Below are positions 37,871-45,171 of a stretch of DNA of 45,171 nucleotides, one piece after another (position 1 is the first letter of the stretch; each line of letters begins with the position of its first letter). The DNA is from Desulfurivibrionaceae bacterium. GTDB lineage: Bacteria > Desulfobacterota > Desulfobulbia > Desulfobulbales > SURF-16. The notes under the pieces were generated by a model that was given only the letters and a program-made list of their open reading frames with translations, made no database searches and was not told the origin of the DNA. Position numbers and translations under genes: made by a program. Location of the stretch: assembly GCA_041562995.1 (NCBI GenBank), contig JBFFNX010000001.1:1-45171 (forward strand), read 5' to 3'.

Positions 37871-38704
37871 CTACTTTGCCCCATGGGCAATCTTCTGAAG
37901 GATCTCAAAAATAGCCATCGGATTGCTCTGATTCTTTGCGCCGATCTCCTTAACGGTGTCCTCTTCCTTTGCATTCAAACCTGCTTTTTTAAGGGCAGCC
38001 ATCACCTCAACAAGGGGCAGATCATAGACTTGGCAGATTTCTTTGATTGATTTTTGGCCAAAACCAGGTGCTGGGCTGTCTGGGAAAATAGGCTTCTCCG
38101 TTGCCATGCCCGTGCTGGCAGGTTTGAATATGTCGTAGAGCTGTTGCGGTGTTTTGCCATTTTTATGGGCGAGTTCGGCGATGGTCTCTTCCGGGCCCGT
38201 AATTTTTATCCCCGCTGCCTTAAGCAGTTCAACCGCCCTGCCCACATCAATATTCATCTTAGTGCAAAACATCTTAAGGGAAGAAAGCTCGGCATGACCA
38301 TACGGCGGCTCACCATATTTTTTATTACCCAACTCCGTAAGATAGTCACCAAACTGAAGCACATAATTCATCGGGGGGAGATTGTAGAGTGTCCCGCCAG
38401 TTACGTATAAGGTGATGATAAGCGCGATATTGAAGCTCTTATTAAAGACGGTAATTTTTTTGGCCTTATTTTTGAGATAGGCAGTTATCGAACTCCAATT
38501 GTAATAAATATGAAGGGTGGCAATGACGAGCAGGAGGGTGCCGACGGTAATATGAATGTCAGCCCACTGGTTTTTGTTCAGACCAAGCAGATGATATTCA
38601 GACCAATAGGCCACCCTCCCCGCCGGGATGAGATAGAGCACGACACTGGTAACAAGCTCAATAAGTCCTGATATAACGAGTGTTAACGAAGTAATTTTGC
38701 GCAT
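37871..38704 (-). CDS. DUF4405-type membrane protein with a duplicated soluble C-terminal module
   Basis: Four hydrophobic helices with conserved His (WADIHITVG, LHIYYNW), as in DUF4405. A C-terminal internal repeat of about 58 aa occurs twice. Confidence 0.7.
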   Translation of the reverse strand: MRKITSLTLVISGLIELVTSVVLYLIPAGRVAYWSEYHLLGLNKNQWADIHITVGTLLLVIATLHIYYNWSSITAYLKNKAKKITVFNKSFNIALIITLYVTGGTLYNLPPMNYVLQFGDYLTELGNKKYGEPPYGHAELSSLKMFCTKMNIDVGRAVELLKAAGIKITGPEETIAELAHKNGKTPQQLYDIFKPASTGMATEKPIFPDSPAPGFGQKSIKEICQVYDLPLVEVMAALKKAGLNAKEEDTVKEIGAKNQSNPMAIFEILQKIAHGAK

Positions 38705-38786
38705 AGTATACGTTTCCTTTCCTGAGAAAGAGCAGCTACAAAGCCTGCCCCCATGAGCTGAAAAATAAAGATGTCGCCTTTGTCAA

Positions 38787-38865
38787 TTAATACCCCATCC
38801 TGCCGGTATCAGGCAGGGCCTGGGCCGGATTGCGACTCTCGCCGGCACTGGTGACAATGACCGCC
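38787..38865. repeat. 79-bp direct repeat, copy B: the authentic 3' end of the polyferredoxin gene
   Basis: See copy A. The two copies are offset by exactly 1002 bp and bracket the DUF4405 gene. Confidence 0.8.
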
Positions 38866-40364
38866 GAGGCCCCGGGCAAGGGACACTTGGTTTCGCAGAT
38901 GCCGCAGCCCACGCATAACTTATCCACCAGATACGGCTGCTTGACCGTCACCTTCTCGCCCCGGCTGTTCTCCACCACTGCCTCGCGAAACTTGATGGCC
39001 TTGTCAGGGGTGGGGCAATGCTCCTCACAGACCATGCAGGGGATACCCTTGGCATAGGGCAGGCAACGGTTGCGGTCAAACATGGCATTGCCGATCTTCA
39101 CCTTCTTCTTGTCCGGTGCAGACAATTTCCTGATCGCGCCAGAGGGACAGACCTGGCCGCAGAGGGTGCAGTTGTACTCACAATAGCCAGTGCGGGCCAT
39201 GAGGACCGGGGAAAACATACCCTCTAAGCCGCCTTGCAAAAAGGCAGGCTGCAGGCCGTTACCGATGCATACCTTCATGCACTCACCGCAGCGCACGCAG
39301 CGCCCGACAAACTCCCCCTCGGCCAGGGCCCCGGGTGGCCGAATAAGCAGCGGGTCGGGTTGCAGGGCCATGGTCCTGCTTTTCAAGATAAAGGGCAGGG
39401 TCGCCCCCAGGGCCAGGGCTCCGACAAAGGTCCGGCGGGAAAGGGCAAAGTCCGGTTTACCCTTAGACATCCACCCGAACTGAAAAGATATCTTATTGCC
39501 AGGGCAATGATGGATACAATCCAGACAGAGGTTGCAGTCAAGGGGCGAGATGATGCGCTTATCATCAATGGCACCCATCCGGCAGACATCCTGACAGGTA
39601 TGGCAGCTCCCGCATTTGCGGCCGGCCTTACCGCGCAGCAGGGCATAACGGGCTGTCACCGCCAGCAGGGCGCCCAGGGGGCAGATATTACGACAGAAAA
39701 AGCGGCGCTCCAGCCTTTCCAACAAAAAGATCACCAGAAGAAGAGCCAGGGACAGCAGGGACAGCTCATAATATTTTTGATTAAAGGGCAGGATGGTGGC
39801 CTTCAACAAGGTGTAGAGAGGTTCGGTCAGGCCATTGACCCAGGCCGGCGCCTCCTGATAGGTGTAAGTGAAAATGGTGGAGGACAGGGCATTGATAGCC
39901 GGATCAACGGCCAGGGACAAGGCCCGGACCAGGATGGAGAAGGGGTCAACAAAGCCTGCCAGTGGCAGGCCCAACCAGGCCCCGACCAGCAGAAAACCAA
40001 GGAGATAGAACTTCAGGGCGCGGTATTTCTTCTCCCTGCCCTGCCCCTTGGCTGGAATCATGGTCTGGCAGCCATCAAGCAAAGTGCCCATGGGGCAGAC
40101 CCAGCCACAGAAAAAACGGCCGAAAATCAAGGTGAGCAGCAAGGTCAGCACGGCCGGCAGCATCAGGACAATAAAGAAGCCCGCCGCCACCGAGGCACAG
40201 AGGGCCAGCAAGGGATCAAGCCGAAACAGGATATTCACGGCATACTTGATCTCATCACTGCCCGCATAGTCGGTGTGGATAAAGAGAAAGAAAAAGAGGG
40301 CCAGGCAGGCAAGCTGACTCAAGCGCCGCCAATAATATGGGGGAATTGATTTGGGATTCTTCAT
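38787..40364 (-). CDS. NapH/MauN/YccM-like membrane polyferredoxin (multiple 4Fe-4S motifs)
   Basis: N-terminal TM helices with CGWVCPMGT and FCRNICPLGA motifs. Several CxxCxxCxxxCP ferredoxin motifs (CVRCGECMKVC, CTLCGQVCP, CMVCEEHCP, CVGCGICETKCP). Confidence 0.85.
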   Translation of the reverse strand: MKNPKSIPPYYWRRLSQLACLALFFFLFIHTDYAGSDEIKYAVNILFRLDPLLALCASVAAGFFIVLMLPAVLTLLLTLIFGRFFCGWVCPMGTLLDGCQTMIPAKGQGREKKYRALKFYLLGFLLVGAWLGLPLAGFVDPFSILVRALSLAVDPAINALSSTIFTYTYQEAPAWVNGLTEPLYTLLKATILPFNQKYYELSLLSLALLLVIFLLERLERRFFCRNICPLGALLAVTARYALLRGKAGRKCGSCHTCQDVCRMGAIDDKRIISPLDCNLCLDCIHHCPGNKISFQFGWMSKGKPDFALSRRTFVGALALGATLPFILKSRTMALQPDPLLIRPPGALAEGEFVGRCVRCGECMKVCIGNGLQPAFLQGGLEGMFSPVLMARTGYCEYNCTLCGQVCPSGAIRKLSAPDKKKVKIGNAMFDRNRCLPYAKGIPCMVCEEHCPTPDKAIKFREAVVENSRGEKVTVKQPYLVDKLCVGCGICETKCPLPGASAVIVTSAGESRNPAQALPDTGRMGY

Positions 40365-40437
40365 CTCAACTCATCAACCTGTCATTCCCGCACAGGCGGG
40401 ATTGACGAAAGAAATGCGGGAGTGGCGCCTAGACCAA

Positions 40438-41349
40438 TCAGGCCTTGATGATCTTCATCTTCTGAAGATCCATCTCACCCAGGCCCAGGGCATGGGCGGC
40501 GACCGTGGAGTCAATTTCCTTGGGCTGCAAGCCGAACAGGGTGGTGGCGTAGGCATCGGCTGCCACCGGATCGGCGGAGGCAACCAGGGTATCGAGCACC
40601 CTGACGTCTTTCAGGTTGCCACCTTGGGGGCCATTGGCGAGAAGAATGCGGGTGGCATCGATGACGGTGAGTTTTGGTTGCACCACCGTGGCCAGATCTG
40701 CCAGCTTCTGCCCCAGGTTATGGTGCATCGCCCCCCGACGGCCGCCCAGGACACCCATACTATTCTTGAGGCCCATGGTCAGCCGGCTCAGACCGTGGTG
40801 TTTGGCCACCGGCACGTTAATGTAACTGTCGGCCTCCAGGGCGTCGCGATAGATATCCAGCCGGTTGACCGCCTTGCCCCGCCTAATATCCACCGGCACA
40901 TATTTGCGCTCATCCGGGTGGAAGAACCTAAGGCGCTTGTCCTTGATCCCGGCCAGGGCATCCTGGATGCCGCTGTTGACATAGCAGCGCCGCTCCTCAT
41001 TACATGTCCGGTCAAAGACCAGGACCTGGCCGGCCCCGGCATCCAGGGCCCGCTGCACCAGGGCCAAAACCACCTGGGGATGGGTATTGGCTGCCTGGTC
41101 CGGCTGACGATCCCAGCCGATATTGGGTTTGATCACCACCTTGTCACTGGGCCGGACAAAGGCATCCATGCCGCCCAAGGGCCTGAGAACTCGATCAACC
41201 AAGGCCAGGTAGTCCTTACCCGTGGCATGGGCCAGCAGGGTTTGCGAACTCTCCGCCGCCAGCGCCTCACAAATCCGAAAATGGGGCACACTTAAAGTCA
41301 GTCCTGCCGACCACAGGGCCACCTGCTTGAGAAACTCACGCCTTTCCAT
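40438..41349 (-). CDS. DUF362 domain protein with twin-arginine (Tat) signal
   Basis: MERREFLKQVALWSAGL is a Tat-type signal. The DUF362 core includes VVIKPNIGWDR and INVPVAKHHG. Confidence 0.8.
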   Translation of the reverse strand: MERREFLKQVALWSAGLTLSVPHFRICEALAAESSQTLLAHATGKDYLALVDRVLRPLGGMDAFVRPSDKVVIKPNIGWDRQPDQAANTHPQVVLALVQRALDAGAGQVLVFDRTCNEERRCYVNSGIQDALAGIKDKRLRFFHPDERKYVPVDIRRGKAVNRLDIYRDALEADSYINVPVAKHHGLSRLTMGLKNSMGVLGGRRGAMHHNLGQKLADLATVVQPKLTVIDATRILLANGPQGGNLKDVRVLDTLVASADPVAADAYATTLFGLQPKEIDSTVAAHALGLGEMDLQKMKIIKA

Positions 41350-41402
41350 ATCAGCACCTCACCCGTTGTTGTCCGTCTCGGCAACGCTCTTCTCAAAGGA
41401 TA

Positions 41403-41431
41403 ATTATGGTCCAGGGCGCTGACGTTGTCAA
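41403..41431 (-). promoter_or_regulatory. sigma70-type promoter (TTGACA-N17-CATAAT) for the DUF362/polyferredoxin/DUF4405 cluster
   Basis: Minus strand reads TTGACA (41431-41426), an exact 17-nt spacer, then CATAAT (41408-41403), about 55 nt upstream of the ATG at 41349. Confidence 0.5.
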
Positions 41432-41571
41432 AGCAAACCCTCCGTCTTCATGACAGGGAGTAAAATGAATGTAGGGATCGACAACGAAGGATGCAACGAA
41501 CTGTTGTTGGAAGATAAAAAAATTCCAGAAAGGCTCAGGTTAAAAAGTAATCTCCCCTGGCTTTACTAAAC

Positions 41572-41610
41572 AAAAAAATAAGGCGGCTGGCATAATGCCA
41601 GCCGCCTTAT
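41572..41610 (-). terminator. Rho-independent terminator after the DUF805 gene
   Basis: Minus strand reads ATAAGGCGGCTGGCA-tta-TGCCAGCCGCCTTAT, overlapping and continuing into TTTTTTT. Confidence 0.8.
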
Positions 41611-41643
41611 TTGGGCACATAATTCCCACAGGACAACATCCAA

Positions 41644-41964
41644 TTACATTTTGGGATCTTGGCCAAATCTATTTTCACCGGAACTGCCAGCGCTGCACGC
41701 CAAAACCAGGTTATAAATGGGGATTAACAGAAACCAACCACTCTTATCGACATCGTGCATACGCCGGATACCCACAGCAATACTCGGAATAAAAACAGCT
41801 AAGGAATAGAGAAAATAGAGAAATCCTAAGTTTAAAAGGCCATCAACAAAACCCAGGCAAAAGGCAAAAATCATATTGAACAGAATAAACAGCCAGTATT
41901 CCTTTCTCCTGGCTCTCCCACCAAAAACCGCATAATTTTTCAAAACAGCAATGTAATAACTCAT
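41644..41964 (-). CDS. DUF805 (YhaH/YhaI-like) inner-membrane protein
   Basis: GRARRKEYWLF...GIRRMHDVDKSGW...GENRFG are DUF805 hallmarks. Confidence 0.85.
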   Translation of the reverse strand: MSYYIAVLKNYAVFGGRARRKEYWLFILFNMIFAFCLGFVDGLLNLGFLYFLYSLAVFIPSIAVGIRRMHDVDKSGWFLLIPIYNLVLACSAGSSGENRFGQDPKM

Positions 41965-42209
41965 CCGTAGTTCTCCCTGTTGGTAACTGATTATTTCAAT
42001 TTATTGCCTGACGAAAAAACATACTATTACACAAGCAAGCTGCCAGGCAAGGGAAAACAACTCTTGCCCCTTGTGGATCTGACCACCAGCTCAAGCAAAG
42101 CCGATTCACGTACCGTGAAACTCATTGTTCTGTCTTAGGTTTCGTAACCAACAACTGCCCTGTCAAGACCTGAGCTGACGGAGATGCCTCGGACACCATG
42201 GGCTGAAAA

Positions 42210-43607
42210 TTATCCCTGGCCCTCTTCCTGGTCCGCCGATTCTTCGGCCGCCACTTCCGGTCCCTCTCCAAAGCCAAGGGATACCCAGACCATTCGCCCC
42301 ATCCAGCGTACAGGCTGGAGCGGCCGGACCAATACATCGAGATAGGGCAGATCAGGCAGCACACCTTCTTCCGGCAGTTTTTTCAGGAGAAAGGAAACCG
42401 AAACCCCCAAGACAATTGAAATCACAAAGCAGAGGCGAAAGCCCAGCATGCCGAAATGATCAATGAGCTGGCCGGCCAAGATGGGCGGGATGCCGTTTGC
42501 CAGGGAAACCCCGATGATCCACAGGGAGGTGTAGCCGATCCGGCCCTCGCTTTTCACCTGACCGAGCATGGTCCGGGCCGCCACCGTAAATAAGCTGATA
42601 CTAAAAACCATGCTGCTGACCAGGGCCAAGACGGCAAGGGCGAAGCCGAACCGGCTACCGGGCAGGAGGAAAAACCAGCAGATGGTTGAGGCCGCATGGA
42701 GGAGCAACATCCTGGCCATCACCCGGTTGCTGCCCTGCCTTTCAGCACGATTTGACCAGGAGCGGACGGACAGGGCCACGGCAATGCCGCCGATGGCCGT
42801 GATGAACATGATTCTGCCGTCGGCAAAGAGCATGATATCCCGCAGGTACATGATGGAAGCACTCCCCACCCACATCAGCGAGGAGAGGGTGACAGAGATC
42901 ACGATGATGAATTGGCGGTACGGTTTGTCGGCAAAGGCCTTGTAAAACGAATCATACCGCCTTTCACTGCCTGCCAATTTGGGGATCTTCCTGCCGCCAG
43001 GCATGAAAAAAAGCATGCCGACACTGACAAGGCCGATCACCACCCCGGCGCCATAGACATAGTAAAAAGAGGAGAGATCGCTCGAGTGCGCCAACACCTG
43101 GGCAATCACCACCGCCAGCACAATGTTTGTCACCTGGACAAGGATCGTCTCGGAATTGAAGTAATCCGCGATATTATCGTGGGGAACAATCTCGTGGAGC
43201 CAAGGATACCAGGCGCCAACGCCAAAGGCCCTGGTCAGGGCAAAACCGAGGACCGCAAATAACAGCATCAGCCAGGCTGCCTGCTGACCATAGTGGACAG
43301 TGACCGCAGGGATAAAAAAAACCGTGGAAATAAGAAGGTTGCGCAGAAGCCAGGTGGTGATCAACAATTTCCGAGGCCCAAAAGATTCCACCGCCGGAAT
43401 ACTTAACACCACCAGGAGCATGGAGAAGGGGACAAAGGAAATGAGCAGGCCGACAAGGTCAGCCGGCATGCCCAGGGAACGGGCAAACAGGATCAACACC
43501 TGGCCAACGACACATTGCCAAGAGACCAGGTTGACGATGGCAAAAAACAAAAAAGCGCGTGGTGCCGGCGTCAGACTTGTAAAAGATTTATGGAAGGTAA
43601 AACCCAT
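42210..43607 (-). CDS. MFS transporter
   Basis: About 12 hydrophobic segments. ATG at 43607 preceded by GAGGG; the track start at 43640 is TTG. Confidence 0.75.
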   Translation of the reverse strand: MGFTFHKSFTSLTPAPRAFLFFAIVNLVSWQCVVGQVLILFARSLGMPADLVGLLISFVPFSMLLVVLSIPAVESFGPRKLLITTWLLRNLLISTVFFIPAVTVHYGQQAAWLMLLFAVLGFALTRAFGVGAWYPWLHEIVPHDNIADYFNSETILVQVTNIVLAVVIAQVLAHSSDLSSFYYVYGAGVVIGLVSVGMLFFMPGGRKIPKLAGSERRYDSFYKAFADKPYRQFIIVISVTLSSLMWVGSASIMYLRDIMLFADGRIMFITAIGGIAVALSVRSWSNRAERQGSNRVMARMLLLHAASTICWFFLLPGSRFGFALAVLALVSSMVFSISLFTVAARTMLGQVKSEGRIGYTSLWIIGVSLANGIPPILAGQLIDHFGMLGFRLCFVISIVLGVSVSFLLKKLPEEGVLPDLPYLDVLVRPLQPVRWMGRMVWVSLGFGEGPEVAAEESADQEEGQG

Positions 43608-43652
43608 GGTTGCCCTCAGCCACAAGGCCTGTGACGCCAAGACGTGAACCTC

Positions 43653-43929
43653 TTAAGCCAGTCTGTTTTGCAAAACATCTTCTGCCACCTCAAGGTCGTA
43701 ACGGCCTTGCGCCTTTAGCCAGCATTACGGTGACATAGAAGAAAAAACGGCCACGCCGCCATGCCGGAACTGCTGTGTCAGCTCTTTACCCATGGCCAAT
43801 TTCATTGATCCGGCGTGGAGCTACGCTGCCGTCTCTGACCAGCCGGTAAGGGCTCATGCCAAGCGGCACAAAAAGCTCTTTCAAAAGTATTTCCCCTGGA
43901 TCTATTGGCGGAATCCTCTTTGTGGCCAT
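43653..43929 (-). pseudogene. higA: HigA-type antitoxin (HTH/XRE) remnant with an in-frame TAA and a later frameshift
   Basis: The minus strand reads MATKRIPPIDPGEILLKELFVPLGMSPYRLVRDGSVAPRRINEIGHG-[TAA]-RADTA...GRFF. After a frameshift it reads WLKAQGRYDLEVAEDVLQNRLA*. These are colinear with the HigA consensus (IHPGEIL...LGxSxxxLAxxLGVxxxRINEIxxGKRxITADTALRL...FWLNLQxxYDLE). AAGGAG lies 7 nt before the ATG. Confidence 0.6.
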
Positions 43930-43940
43930 GCTCCATCTCC

Positions 43941-44107
43941 TTAATGATAATCCACTTACTCAACATTAACGACTCGCCTTATCAATGTCCACCGTTAACA
44001 CCAACACGAGGAGAGCAAGAGGGGCGAAGGCTAAAAAAGTCCTGCCCCCGCCAGCTCACAACGGATCAGGCCTGGAAAAATCTATTTGCGTTGCCAAAGA
44101 TGCTCAT
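43941..44107 (-). pseudogene. higB: HigB-like (PF05015 killer protein) toxin remnant, truncated with several stops
   Basis: Minus-strand fragments are MSIFGNANRFFQA*, ...FFSLRPSCSPRVGVNGGH* and RWTLIRRVVNVE*VDYH*. They resemble MIxSFxxKxLExFF, FRLHPLKG...WSVRVNxNWRI and ...DVxLVDYH of HigB. Only 167 nt remain, against about 280 nt expected. Confidence 0.4.
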
Positions 44108-44170
44108 TTTCTAATACGATAGATACAAGGATTTATTCATGAAAAAATACCAACACCAAGGATCAATGCC

Positions 44171-45171
44171 ATGCCTGACATTTTGACCACGTGTGTCTAT
44201 TGCGGCTGCGGCTGCGGGGTGTACCTCCATGAACAAAATGGCCGGGTCGTTGGCTCCACCGCCAGCCGCAACCACCCGGTTTCCCGCAACAACCTGTGCG
44301 TCAAGGGTTGGCACCTGCATGAATTTATCCACCATCCGGACCGCCTCACCGAACCGCTGATCAGGAAAAACGGCGTGCTTACCCCGGCGAGCTGGGACGA
44401 GGCCCTGGACTATACGGCCACAGAACTTGGCCGCATCCGCGATAAAACCGGAGGCGAGGGCATCGGCGTGCTCTCCTCGGCCAAATGCACCAACGAAGAA
44501 AACTTCCTGCTCCAAAAATTCACCCGGGCGGTGCTGAAGACCAACAATATCGACCATTGCGCCCGCCTCTGACACGCTCCCACGGTGGCAGGTCTTGCCT
44601 CCACATTCGGCAGCGGCGCCATGACCAACTCGATCAATGAGATTGAAAATGCCCAGGTTATCCTGGTCACCGGCTCAAACACCACCGAGGCCCATCCCCA
44701 GGTGGCCCGAAGGATGCTGGATGCCGTTGATCGCGGCGCCAAACTGATCGTCATTGATCCCAGAAAAACTCTTTTGGCCGAATTCGCCGACATCCATCTC
44801 GCCATCAGGCCGGGCACCGACATCCCCCTGCTCAACGCCATGATGCGCATCATTCTGGACGAGAACCTGGTTGACGACCTCTTTGTGGAGATGCGCACCG
44901 AAAACTACCACAAGCTGCGCGACATGCTCTACCGCCTGGATCTCGTGGAGGTAGCCAAGATCACCGGCGTGGATCTGGAAAGCATCAACAAGGCGGCCCA
45001 GCTCTATGCCCAGGCCCAAAAAGCGGTTATCTGTTATTGCCTGGGCATCACCCAGCATATCTGCGGCACCAGAAACGTCCAGGCCCTGGCCAATTTGGCG
45101 ATGATGACCGGCCACATCGAAAAAGAAGATACCGGGGTTGACCCCCTGCGCGGCCAGAACAATGTCCAGGG
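44171..45171 (+). CDS. fdhA: formate dehydrogenase alpha subunit, selenocysteine-containing (UGA at 44570-44572), 3'-truncated by the window edge
   Basis: N-terminal 4Fe-4S motif TCVYCGCGCG...C. NIDHCARL-[TGA]-HAPTVAGL compares with the fdhF-type DNCARVUHGPSV. The molybdopterin-oxidoreductase sequence continues in frame to the window end. No Tat signal, so it is probably cytoplasmic. Confidence 0.9.
44584..44602 (+). promoter_or_regulatory. fdhF-type SECIS hairpin (GGUGGCA-GGUCU-UGCCUCC with one U-U mismatch) starting 12 nt after the UGA
   Basis: Read directly. It closely parallels the E. coli fdhF SECIS apical stem-loop GGUUGCA-GGUCU-GCACC. Confidence 0.7.

Noticed and set aside
39234-41295. 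371-aa and 314-aa plus-strand ORFs (39234..40349 and 40351..41295)
   Set aside because: They are antisense to the polyferredoxin and DUF362 genes, both of which have clear family motifs. The shadow ORFs are Gly/Gln/Pro-rich with no recognisable domains.

Overview
This 45-kb window looks like chromosomal DNA from an anaerobic, probably sulfate-reducing deltaproteobacterium. That placement is inferred from gene content only (selenoproteins, rubrerythrin, membrane polyferredoxin). The window is densely coding, with about 40 genes. I found no rRNA, tRNA, CRISPR array, transposase or integrase.

Main content:
- An oxidative-stress cluster: a selenocysteine (Sec) peroxiredoxin, a DsrE-like protein, a Fur-family PerR-like regulator, KatG, rubrerythrin and TrxC. 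AT-rich palindromes sharing an AAATAGT core sit in their upstream regions.
- A second selenoprotein, the formate dehydrogenase alpha subunit, truncated at the 3' edge of the window.
- Ordinary metabolism and transport genes: alanine dehydrogenase, Fe-type alcohol dehydrogenase, beta-hydroxyacid dehydrogenase, two MFS transporters, an NhaP-type antiporter, an IscA-type protein and topoisomerase III.
- Several modules of unknown function.

Most noteworthy observations:
1. The Sec peroxiredoxin has UGA at the peroxidatic-Cys position, a SECIS-like hairpin downstream, and no resolving Cys.
2. A single protein combines a CheW domain, a transmembrane segment and a LysM domain.
3. A tightly packed trio on the minus strand: a 447-aa unknown protein translationally coupled to a radical SAM enzyme, followed after a short gap by a YajD-type HNH protein.
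4. A cluster of a Tat-signal DUF362 protein, a NapH-like polyferredoxin and a DUF4405 protein, in which the DUF4405 gene is bracketed by 79-bp direct repeats that duplicate the 3' end of the polyferredoxin gene.
5. An outer-membrane phospholipase A gene interrupted by one TAA at the catalytic-serine codon.
6. A decayed higBA toxin-antitoxin remnant.

All calls rest on visual motif recognition. No database searches or computations were run.
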